From NCBI GenBank assembly GCA_907165135.1, contig OU015567.1, forward strand, positions 15,748,001 through 15,812,000: a DNA stretch of 64,000 bases, in the 5' to 3' direction. This DNA comes from Oikopleura dioica. Lineage: Eukaryota > Animalia > Chordata. A program made the translations under genes and the position numbers. Of this stretch, positions 37,499 to 48,789 are shown one piece after another; position 1 is the stretch's first letter; the number at the start of each line of letters is the position of its first letter. The notes beneath the pieces were generated by a model. The model was not told where the DNA came from. It saw only the letters and a list, made by a program, of their open reading frames with translations, and ran no database searches.

Positions 37499-38991
37499 GG
37501 CTTTTTTACCTTTTTCTTATAATAGTAGGTGGACAAACATTTTTTAATAATGATACTAACACATTGACGACGATTTTAGATACTGAAGTTCTAGTAACAC
37601 TAGATGCAAAAGTTGTAAATATAAATGCCCATTTCGGATTTCCTAAACTAGAAACAAAAAGCCAAGAATTAATGTGTATAAATGATACTCACAGACCAAA
37701 TTTGAATTTAATTATTGCAGGTAAGATTATGGATAGGTTAAGCGGGAGCATCGGAAACGAAAATGTTTGCCAAGAGAATTATTGTGAAAATTTAGCTGAA
37801 AACCACTTGGAAAAACGAGATTCAGTAATTCAGAAATTCGAAAATTTTCTAGGACTCTCGTCTCACTCGAATTTAAAATTGTTGAACAATAATTACATCG
37901 ATAAAAATCATCATAATCCAGTTAAAAATAGGACCTTATTACCTGGCAAAAGAGTGAGCGATTATGAAATATTTGGCATAATTCAGAGTACTTTTTCAGA
38001 AGGCGACGGTGAAATTATTCCTACTGAAAGTTTTGTTAACGTGCTCCAGGATAAGCTGAAATTGACGGTTTCGCCGAAAGTGAACCTGAAATGGGACGAG
38101 GCCTTGAAAAATTGGTTATGGGGAAATATTTTGAATCCTTTTGGTGATGGAAAAGAATGCATTATTGGGGCAAATGCAGTTCTAATAGAACTTAAGGGGG
38201 TCATCACAGAAATAGGAGTTAATATTGGCATAGGCGCTAGCGAGTTAGAATATTTCAAATCATCAGAAGGACAAGCTTTTATGGAAAATAATTTTAAAAT
38301 AAGAATTGCGCTTTTTATGGTTGATGAAAATAATCTTGAGAAAATCAAAAGAAAGGAGAGTTATAACCTAATGGGAAATTTTTGTAAAATAACAATTTAT
38401 AACTATTTGGCCATTACATGCTCAGACCCACTTAAGGGAGAAAACGTACCAATTACAATGAGATCATTTCTAGTGGTTTCATTTGATACAACCGAAGAAG
38501 GATGCACCAAAATAACGGAAACATTGGAAGGCAAGCAAATTGCGCCACCAAACGTATCGGCAAGATTGTTTCTGAAATCGAGAAAACGACGTCAGATAGG
38601 TATAGCACTTGCTGGAGCCGCTGCGGGGACCGGGTTAGGATACATCTTACATAAAATGTACGAAGGTGTTACGTCCAGAGGCGAGAAAAGAAATTCTTTA
38701 GTCGATCTATCGGATAATGACATTCAGAAAATTAAAGACCTAGAAATAGCTAACGGAAGGGAAATTCTCAAGCTTGAGACAAGTTTTTGCGAAAGCCATA
38801 GAAATCGAGTCCATTTATTTTACGATCAAATTGCAGAAAATATGGTAGATAAGTATGTGGACACCCTTAATTTAGTTATCTCGAAAATGGATTTTAGACT
38901 GAAGGAATTATTTGTTAGACATTGCGAAGCTTTAAATCCAAAAATGAGCCCCAAAAACTGCTTAAAAATATTTAGCAAAGACCGTATCTAA
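37495..38991 (+). CDS. env: Env-like fusion glycoprotein, C-terminally truncated (no TM anchor in the ORF)
   Basis: Signal peptide MRLFYLFLIIVGG, N-x-S/T sites, furin site RKRR (38581-38592) followed by fusion-peptide-like QIGIALAGAAAGTGLGYIL; ATGA overlap with the pol stop. Confidence 0.85.
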   Translation: MRLFYLFLIIVGGQTFFNNDTNTLTTILDTEVLVTLDAKVVNINAHFGFPKLETKSQELMCINDTHRPNLNLIIAGKIMDRLSGSIGNENVCQENYCENLAENHLEKRDSVIQKFENFLGLSSHSNLKLLNNNYIDKNHHNPVKNRTLLPGKRVSDYEIFGIIQSTFSEGDGEIIPTESFVNVLQDKLKLTVSPKVNLKWDEALKNWLWGNILNPFGDGKECIIGANAVLIELKGVITEIGVNIGIGASELEYFKSSEGQAFMENNFKIRIALFMVDENNLEKIKRKESYNLMGNFCKITIYNYLAITCSDPLKGENVPITMRSFLVVSFDTTEEGCTKITETLEGKQIAPPNVSARLFLKSRKRRQIGIALAGAAAGTGLGYILHKMYEGVTSRGEKRNSLVDLSDNDIQKIKDLEIANGREILKLETSFCESHRNRVHLFYDQIAENMVDKYVDTLNLVISKMDFRLKELFVRHCEALNPKMSPKNCLKIFSKDRI

Positions 38992-39920
38992 TATTGCTTC
39001 ATTCTTCGAAAAGGACCCAAAGCTCTTCAAGTACTTTTTTGACAAATCGGATACAGTCCATTTATCGCACCTAGGCATACGTAAGCTTGAAGACCTTTTG
39101 CTCCTTATTATAACAAAAGAATATAATATCTATTTTCCAAGCACTAACAAACAACTTCTACTTTCCTGGACTCAAAGGAGGAAACAATCTAGTAAAAATA
39201 AAATTATAAGATTTAAAATAACCTCCACAAACGAGTACAGAAATGTAAGAGACGGATTTGTTGGAAAATAGAAACGCTGTAAATTATAAAATAAAAATAT
39301 GAGAATTTTCGTATTCTCCAACAAAAAAAAATAATATAAAACAAAAAAGAGGAGGACACCTCCCGAGAAAAAAGAAAATTTTTTTTTGTACATTTTATTG
39401 AAATTGTGCTCGATTACTTAGCTGCCCCTGACATTTTTTGTGTAAAGAAATGATTTTTCTGTAAATAGATGCTCTATAATACTATCATACAAAAGAGGAG
39501 GAATCCTCCCACATAAAAATTACAAAATTTAAAACTTCATTGAACAAAAAAAAATATTCAAAAACTACAAAAAGATCGACAAAATGGTCGCAAAAATATC
39601 TACTGTATAATTTATAAGACTGAAAATTTTTAAGCAAACTTTATTGCTGTATTTTTATAAATTTTAACTGCTCTTCATTTACGCTCAATTTCTATGGTTC
39701 ACACCAAAATTTTTATTGAAAAATTGTATTTTCTGATTTGTTCATAATTATTTTTGACGTATTATTTAAACTTAGTTTAAATATTTTTTCTGCAAAACTA
39801 ACAGAATTTTTTTTCTTTGGAGGGAGGAGAAGGTAAACCAAACAAAATTTTCAAAGCTCAACGAACGAACTATCCAACAAACCCAGAATTGATTGCTCAA
39901 GCCACAAGAACAGTGTTTCA

Positions 39921-39940
39921 AAAGAACTAGAAGGGGGTTG
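39921..39940 (+). promoter_or_regulatory. Polypurine tract of element 1
   Basis: AAAGAACTAGAAGGGGGTTG just upstream of the 3' LTR. Confidence 0.6.
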
Positions 39941-39942
39941 GA

Positions 39943-40236
39943 TAGAGAATGAACAATTACGATCCAAAAATGGCGCGCAGGCGCTAGTGAGCAGGACGCT
40001 CACCGACGAAGACTAAGCGACGAAAATGATAACTTCACTCACTCCACCCAACTGTTCAAGAGATATTAACATTAAATAAATCAAGTGTAAATTTACTAGG
40101 TGGATTCATTCTTATAAATTAGCAAGTATATCAGCAAGTCAGACACCTGTTAGCCGCCGGCCCATACCAGTCAATAGTAGCTTTAGAAGCAGTCTTTGCC
40201 AGCATAGTCTATCAGGGATAACCTGTTTAGTCTCTA
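39943..40236 (+). repeat. 3' LTR of element 1
   Basis: Direct repeat of 31067-31360. Confidence 0.95.
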
Positions 40237-42147
40237 CCCGTCGCCGCCGTAGTTTTGCCAGCTCGTTTGATGTCGGATCGTCCATCCAGCTTCCGACACT
40301 TCTAAATTTTCGAAAATGAACTTTATTTTGGATGAAAATCGCGGCGAAACAAAAATCAAAAAAATTAAAAATGCGATTTTAACCAATTCCTTCAAATTGA
40401 AGTGTCTCATTCCCAAGTTAACTGTACGCAACACTTGTCGAACTGCATCCTCAGAGTGATGTTCACGAACATATTCGGAATCACGGCCAAAGTAAAATCC
40501 AAATCCATCGCGTACTGTTCCGAACATTTGACTTTGAATAGTCGCCTCCAAAATGTGAACTTTTTCTTGAAGCGCAGAGATTTCGACTTGAGCGTTTTCC
40601 ATGTTCTTCTTGTTTTCGCCAACGATTATCTGAATCTGTTTGATGAGATGTTCGTTGATCAATTCTTTTGTTTCGAGTCGATTTAGGCCAAAAGAAAGAT
40701 TTTCTGGTTTAATTTGATTCTTGAGCTGCTCGACCAAACTCCACAAAACAGGCTGCCTCATCAGTGCAGTTACGCTTTCGACTCGCTCGCCAACTTCGAC
40801 AACCAAGCATTGCTTGATCAAAGTTTCCATAACCGGGAACGCGACCTCAGCAGGATTTCGAATGTTTTGGGCGATGTTCATCATTGTCTGGAAGCTACTG
40901 TCCGCTGCAAATGGATTCCTATCAGCAGTTTTTAATTGGAAAAATATAATTTAGTTATATTGTTAAAAATACTTGAATCTCAATCAATTATTAAAATTAA
41001 ATGTAGAAACTATTCCTGAAGGTACAAAGCATTTGCATAACCACTCCATACGACCAAATGTCCCGCCTGAAGGACAGTTCTTCTTTTTCCTGATTTTTGA
41101 CCGTTTCTGGAGGGTAATAATCGACGGTTCCGGCGACGCCAGTGTTGATCGTCGATTCGACGGTGCGGGAAATGTTGAAATCGGCAAGTTTCGCCTTGAT
41201 TTTTTAGATCTGCGTTGTTACGAAATAAATGCTTACAGTTTTCTTGTCGGCGGAAAGAAGGACGTTTTCGGGCTTGACATCTCGGTGGACGACGTTTTGG
41301 TTATGGACGTAGTCTAATAGACGGTTGAGGTTATTGCTTCAATAATAAATACAATAATAAATAGTCTAAACTACTCCCGGGGGTCCTAGCAAGGCTAGGC
41401 TGCTTTTGATTTTGGGGCCGGTGGTACGATTCCTACCAAAATGCTCTCAGCGAGTGCCCATCGCTGCTATTTGATCTTAGCGCAGTGATGAGAGCTCGCT
41501 GAAGGCGTTGTGGTAGGTATTGATCTTTAAAAGCAGCCTACCCTTGTTGGGAACCCCTGGAATAGTTCATAAATAGGAAGATACCTAGAGCGACCGCGAG
41601 TTGAGCCGTAATTCGAAGAGCTTCATTTTCATCCCAGGGCTCTTCAGTCTCTTTTCCCTTTACAAATTAAGCTGAGGACGTGTCATTTCTCTATATACTT
41701 TACCATTGAGAAGTTTTTCCTTCAGATATTCGGACAAATCGCCGCCTTGAAGGTATTCCAGAATCAGCGCGTGGTACTCCAGATTTTTCGGACCAGTAAA
41801 AGTAAAATCATCTAGAAGCTTGACGACGTAGTCGTTGTCTTTTCATAGGGTATTGAAATGAACGAGGAGAGGTCATCTTTTATTGTAACGTCAAAAAAGA
41901 ACCCCATTCCTAGTTTCTGGAGCAGCGCAACTTCCGATTTCGCGTCTTCTTCTTGCTTGTCGCTGACAAGCCCGATTCCCTTCAGCATTTTCAACTCGTT
42001 GTCTAAATACCGTTACGTAACCTTCCCTTCCTGATTCGCCCTCTTACCGTTTTGGGTATCCTCGACGACGTAGTAAATCTTCCCATCTCTGGGCTCTTTC
42101 AATTCTCTGATCGCCTTGTAACGATCGTTGATGATTTTTCCTTCCAT
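40237..42147 (-). pseudogene. Kinase paralog K2, 5' part (kinase domain + coiled coil), disrupted by the LTR insertion
   Basis: Exons read MEGKIINDRY..., LKMLKG...SEVALL, YHALILEYLQGGDL, WDENEALRITAQL, HRDVKPEN, LADFN...GTVDYYPPE, DIWSYG, then ORF 40234-40884. Confidence 0.85.
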
Positions 42148-42485
42148 AATCGGCAAGTCGCGGAAATCGAGATTCTGCTGAATGAGAATCACAAAATTTG
42201 AAGCGATGCAGCGGGGCCGGCTTACTATTTGCAAATGTCGCCTTCTCAAATTCTGCAAATATTGCTGAGAACGAGGTCCACCACCGCGCATCCACTTTAT
42301 TTGATCTCTCTATTTACAGGGCTTCGAGGAAATAGGTCAGGGATTCTTAAGTTAAGATTGCTATACCCTTAACCAGTCCGTTTCATTTCACTTCGAATTC
42401 TCGAGTCAAAAAGTCATAAATTCAAATTCGAAAAGAACATCTTCAAAAACTCTTTTTTTTCTTAGTAAAAAGAACAATTCGTAAA

Positions 42486-42662
42486 GACAACCTGTGTAGA
42501 AAACCTGAGTCAGGGCTCCGAAAAAGCGTTGTATTTTTTAAAAAACAAAGCTGCAAATTTCAGGTCAAAAAAAATTTCAAATGATAATTTTGAAAATGAA
42601 GTAGCTTCGTTTGCAAGAATTTTTAGATCCTGACTCAGGTTTTCTACACAGGTTTCCGAGCG
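42486..42662. mobile_element. CCTGA(C/G)TCAGG-family MITE between the divergent kinase genes
   Basis: AACCTGTGTAGAAAACCTGAGTCAGG ... CCTGACTCAGGTTTCTACACAGGTT. Confidence 0.65.
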
Positions 42663-43645
42663 AAGCCCCTTTGACAAAAATCTGGCGAAATCATTTTCGC
42701 GATTATTTTTTTTCTCGCCCGATTGTGTTTTTATTAAAAAAAAAGAAGTCCTGAAATAGAAAACGTAATATTTTGGCGCTTGGCTGTCAGCTCCGGTGTT
42801 GTGTTGCCGGATTGATGCGTTTTTTTCGCGCGCTGCTTTCTAATCAAGCCAGCCGTGTAAAATTATAAGTTGCACGTGTCCCAGGTTCACACAAGAGCTC
42901 CTTGCCACTATTTGATCTTCCAAGAGTCTGACGAGCGCGATTTCATAAAAAATCAAAACAAACTTTGCTTCAGAGCTCGAGCGCGCAGTTAGATCCCAGT
43001 TGGATCAGCTAATCATTAGTCAAAGCTTGTACAAGGGCCTTGATATTACTGTATTCATCGAAACGAATTTTTCAAGGAAATTTCAATTTTCGAGTCGATT
43101 TTCGGCGTAGCGGCGCGAATTAACAAGAAAAATGCAACAAATAAATGTAATTTTTGAATCAAAAATTTTTTAATTATTGATGATTGGCCTACAAATTGAT
43201 CGAAATTCGGTCAAAATTGCTAGACCCCAGATCGATGACATCCTTATTGAAGTGTATCAGTAATGTAAGATTTTCATTATAACTCCGTTATAATTTGAAA
43301 AAAATAATAAATGATTCAGTTTTCTGTATTTTTATGCCGAACCCTAACTATAATTTATAGTCTATAAACAAGAGTCCTTAGCTCTTCCCCGAACCCTAAC
43401 TTTAATCTAAATCGAACCAAAAAAATGAGACGAGCGGAAAATTGAAATTGAGGGGGGTCATGGTGACCCTTGATCTTGAGAATATTTGACTTTCGAGGTT
43501 ATGCAAATAGTAAAAATGGCAAACAGCATCCATCTCACCATCTCTTCTCATATTCCAAGGCTTCTCAAAGTACTGAGAGCTACAGTAACAACAAAGGAAA
43601 AGTAAACAAATACTTTTAATACCTTTTAATTCTTAAAATACGAAA

Positions 43646-46600
43646 ATGATTGGGCAAGTTCTGCAAGGAAGATACCGAGTGCTGCGAGAACTGAAAGAAG
43701 CGAGAGAAGGGAAGATTTACTTTGTCGTCCAGGACCAGGAGAACGGTAATGTAAAATGCGGATGGTTTTTGAATTTTTCGTCAAGGAAACGAATTAAAGA
43801 TGATGAAGGGAATCGGCCTTCTCGGACTAAAAGAAGAACACGACGCCAATTTGGAAATTAACTGGCTTCGGCAATTTGGGATGTTTTCATTTCTTCAAGT
43901 TTTTAGTAAGAAAAATTCATGAAATCGTAAAAAGATCATGACTACGTTGTAAAATTTCTCGAGACCTTCAAGTTCAACGGGGGTCTTGGAAGGTGAGGAG
44001 TCCAAATATGCAGGTGGTATCACCTCGTTGTCTCGGGACCGTGCAGATGCGAGCAAGTGCGGCGGATCAATAGCGTAAACTGCCCTGTATCTCAGATAAA
44101 ATCAACATCCGGTACCCCCCTTAGAGAGAAAATTTGACGTAAACTGGACATTTGGATAATATATTTCGACGATGAAATACAAAAATGTACGAGATTTTGA
44201 TAAATACACAATGAATATGAATTTGTACAAATTATAATCCGCAATAAGACTGATTCAAACTGGACGATTGGCTCATCTGGAGAGCCTAATTGATGGCAAA
44301 TTTCTCTGATATTTCTAGGAGATCATTAAAAAATAGGATCTTTTAAATTGAATTGACTTTCGTTGGCAATCTTCAGGCTGATTCGAAATTTCCTCAAACC
44401 AACAACAAAGTGGGCATTGATCCGCAGAGTCTTTAGAGTATTAAAGATATACACTTTCATTTTCATTTAATTCTTTATAACATTACTTATGTTACATTAG
44501 CTTAGCTACAATAATAGAATAATATGAAGAATAATTTAGCTAGTTTTTCTTGAGGAAAAATAGTCCGAGATGAATGCAAAAGCTGAGAAGTAAGATCTCT
44601 TTGGTTTTCGCCCTCAACTTTTGTTTCAGAAGATTGAATCAAAGATTTATTTTTTTCTAAAGGAACATGCTCTGTGTGAACTTTGTAAGTCAAAAGTGTC
44701 TTTGTAAGTCAACAAGTAGAGATTCATTGCAAAATTTCGGGGTAAGACCAATCAAATATCCAGAGAATGTTGATATTTATCATTTGACCCGCGGTACTTA
44801 GATAGACTAGGGGGGAGTGAAAGACCTTGTTTGAGTTCTCGAGCCATTTTGATTTTCTCTTTTGCTTCTTCGTAAGTAGGAAAATTAAATTTATGCTTAG
44901 CCGCCATATTTTTTGGAATTACGCTTGCACCGAAGAGATCCATCCCGGTTACGACCTAGATTACCATCACTTCTACCCTCAAGCTACTTTTGATCCGCCG
45001 CGCTACCTCACAGCTGTTATCTCATTTTCAAATCAGTACCTATATGGACTCCTCACCTTCCATAAACTCGTTCAACGCTCCAAACGGAACCCCATACCAC
45101 GCCTTGATTCTTGAATACCTTCCTGGCGGAGATTTGGCCCAGTTCTTTGAGAAAATGCTCAACAACGGTACGTTTGACTAGATATTTTCAGGCAAAATGA
45201 TCATTCAATGATCATCAAATGATCATCAATTTCAGAAGGGGGCGAAAACGAGCTACCATGGGCTCAGAACGACGCTTTGCGAATCTCTGCCCAGCTGGTT
45301 CTTACTTTGAGTAAGAGACTAAGACGTTCAAGGATTCTCATCAAAATTTAGACTACATTCATGGGAAGAACATCATGCACCGAGACGTAAAGCCTGAAAA
45401 TATTCTCATGTCCGCCGATTACCAACAGGAAGCAACTAAAAATCAACATTTTCAACGCGACCATTTAGGTGAAAATCGCGGATTTTAACATCTCCCTAGT
45501 CGGAGAAGAAACCCTCCACACTGGCGTTGCTGGATCAATGGACTATCTCGCCCCAGAAATCATCAATAACGAAGGAAATACCGCTCCGCTCTCGAATTTT
45601 TCAGGACATTTCGGGAATAGGCATCATTTTTCAAATGCTATGCACTTTCAGGAAAGATTTAACAAAAATTTCATTAGAAAAAATTAAAAAAATTCTTGTT
45701 GAATTTCAAAAGACATCCTTTTATCGGTCGAAACGCGTTTCAAACGATGAATAATATTGTCCAAAACATTCGACAACCCGCAGAAGTGATGTTCACGGCG
45801 ATGGAAAGTCTTATTCAACGCTGTCTTGTCGTTTAAATCGGCGAAAGAGCGGATAGTGCTGCTGCGCTGATGACTCATCCGGCGCTGGTCAGTTTGATCG
45901 AACAATTGAAGAATCGAGTTTTGCCGGCTGATCTGACTTTTGGACTGACGAGGATTGATACTACGATGAAAATCAATGGACTTTTAAATCGCGAAAATGT
46001 GGAATTGAAAAAAGAAGTCGAAAAACTTTCTGGAGAGCGTGATTCGGCAAGAAGAAGCAATGAAACTTTGAAGAAAAAAAATGCAGAACTAAAACGACAG
46101 AACAACGTGCTCAAGAATGAGACCAATAAGAAAACATGTGAAATTCAAAAATTGAACAAAGATATAAACGAAGCCAGAAATGATGCCGTTCGGAGGTTAG
46201 AAGTTGTTCGACCAGAATTTGTCCGATCTTTTGGAGAAAATCCCGCGATGAATGGATTTGGTCATTTCTTCGGCCTCGACTCTTACGAAGTCCGAGGACA
46301 ACACGACGAAGCTGCGGTACGACGAGCTCTTCGAGCAATGGCGGCCGGTTTTACTGAATTTAATTTGAAGGAAATGGATAAAGTTGCATTTTTCAGTTTT
46401 TGATTTTTGTTTCGAAGCGATTTTCATCTAAAATAAAGCTTTTTTACAACGTGGCTTTAGAAGTCTCAGAAGTTGGCTGGACGGTCCGACATCCAACGAA
46501 TATCGTGAAAGAGGGAAACAGCATCTGGAAACTGTGGTTAACTTTCAACGGTATTGATTGTTGAATTTGAGATTTTTATTTTTTAGGAAAACGCGTCGAC

Positions 46601-46741
46601 TTTCAAGCCGACGCGGACGCTATTGGCAATTCTGGGAAGATCTACAACTCGGCGAAGAAGTTGACGCCGGATTCACAAGGAATGGTAAAACTCAAAGGAG
46701 ATCGAGTTTACGTCCGCTGGAATATTACAATAAGAAAATAA
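43646..46741 (+). pseudogene. Kinase paralog K3, probable pseudogene
   Basis: MIGQVLQGRY..., HRDVKPEN, IADFN...DYLAPE, coiled coil, C-terminal domain. Premature TAA at 45834-45836 where K2 has GAA (VVE), and a ~1.08-kb insertion at 43987-45062. Confidence 0.8.
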
Positions 46742-47868
46742 AACTGTCCATTATTTTATTTAGACTGAATAAAATAAATCCGATTAAATTATTTTAAAGG
46801 AAAAAAAAACTCTTCTTATTTTATTCTCGAAATTTAATATGAAAATAAAAACAAAGTTGCTTATTTTTTAAAAAACAAGTCCTTATACTTTGATCAATCT
46901 CGATGCCATAAACTCGGGGAGTCAGTTTTCGTCGCTCCTATCGAAAAATAGGGAGGCACGAAGTTTTCCCTCAAAGCAGATTCACGTCACCTTCACGTTA
47001 AGATCCTCTAATGGGAGTAACCCGGCCCGGGTTGAAATTTCGATATCGATTAGCACATCGCTTCAGCCGCCCCTAATATCATCAAATGGCTTTTGCTTCC
47101 GTGTCCGAAGCGATTACGATTCCAGACGCACCGCCGGAGCTACTATTTTTCGTCTTTTTTCTTTCCAGCGCCGTTTTCGATTTTGAAAGGCGAATCTTCG
47201 TTTTGGGGAAAATGTCAAGTTTTAGTTTTGTTTTAGAAACGAAATCGCTCATTTTATAAAAATATGAATGATTCACTAAAAAGAGGCATAAAATTTATAA
47301 AAATCAAAAAATAATATTATTTAATCTTAATTTAATATTTTAATTTTTTAAATTAATTAATTTTAATTATACAAAATTCAAGAAAAAGCAAAATTTTTTT
47401 ATCAGAATCTGATTGATTGATATCAGTCATCATCGATCATCATCGTCAGACTTGTTTTGATACAAATTTATTCTAGAAATAATTTCCTGACTAAAATAAA
47501 CACTCAGATTTTTCTACCACTTCACCCGCGGAGCGGGCGTCAACCTTGACTTAATTAGTGAATTTCATCGAATGAAAGATGTTAAGAAAAATGCTTTATT
47601 TGAAAACATACTTGATGAATCAAGTTGATGATTATTCTGTGATTTTTGTTCTTATTTTGACCGAAAAAATTGCCGATATCTATGTATACCATACAATTGT
47701 ATAGAAAATCGAAGTTCGAAGAAATGTCTTTAAGATATACCTAAATGAGCCTGCTGAACATATTTTTTGCTCAACATAACATTGATCCCTAGTTTTTAGA
47801 AAAAATATCAATATCAGCATCAAAATAACAACACTGTCACGAAATTCTAAAAACCTAAATTCCGTTTG

Positions 47869-47918
47869 ACCAGTCTGACGAGTTTGACGAGTCTGACGAG
47901 TCTGACGAGTTTGACGAA
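47869..47918. repeat. 9-bp tandem repeat GACGAGT(C/T)T
   Basis: About 5 copies visible. Confidence 0.8.
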
Positions 47919-48494
47919 TTATTAATTATTATTAATTCGGAATTAAGGTTCAACCGTTTTTGCCGCTGAAGAATATTATTATTTTTTTTTAATTCGAGAC
48001 AAATTTCGGACTATTTGGATGATTTTCGGTACGTAGTCGTATTTTGGGTCGATTGGTTATGTCGATAATTATCTACTAGACGCGTTGTATTTTATAATTT
48101 GGGAAGTAATAAAACACGTCTAAAAATCCGGCCTCGCCGAATCACGTTTTCTCCTTGTTGCGCAACTCAAGTACGTTTTTTTGGGGCGGGCGGATGGGGA
48201 TTTATGTCTCCAGCGCAAAATCGACTAAAGAAAAAAATCGTTTTTGTACAAGTCGGATAAAGCTATCGCCCCGTGTCGGTGAACTGATTAAGGGTCTTGT
48301 CACGCGGACGCGGATATCACCGACCCCACCGTTTCTTGGTAGAAGTTTAAACCTAGATAAGAAACTTGTTTTCGTTTCCATCGGCGCAAAAACCAAGCAG
48401 CTCCAAATCTTGATAGCAAATACGGAAATGATGCAATTGCAATCAAAGAAAATTGAAAGAAACGTCTTTAGTCAGATCTACTCGCGGGGTCGTC

Positions 48495-48629
48495 AACAAG
48501 GGTAGGGCTCGCTACGTCATTTCAGCGCCATAGGCGAGCGCCTATTCGCTCAAAGGGCTTTTGGGGTGCAGCGAGCGAATCAGGGCTCGCCTGTGGCCCT
48601 GAAATGAAGTTACGAGCCCTACCCTTGTT
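48495..48629. mobile_element. Small MITE, TIR AACAAGGGTAGGGCTCG; related arms at about 41385-41570
   Basis: Perfect 17-bp inverted repeat. Confidence 0.5.
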
Positions 48630-48789
48630 ATGACACCCGGGAGTTAAACAGTCTAATTATAAGAATCTCTGAATACAATTTTCAATACTTTAATTAGATT
48701 CATATTTTTCTTAATTAAAGTCTTATTAAAAATTGTATTCTTTTCATAGACTCAATAATTCAACAAAAATAAATTTTCTCATGATTTTT

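Larger units (their letters stand above)
31067..40236 (+). mobile_element. Ty3/Gypsy (Tor-like) LTR retroelement with env-like ORF, 9170 bp
   Basis: 294-bp LTRs (2 differences seen), 4-bp TSD CCCG at 31063-31066 and 40237-40240, PBS, PPT, gag, pol (PR-RT-RH-IN order), env. Confidence 0.95.
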
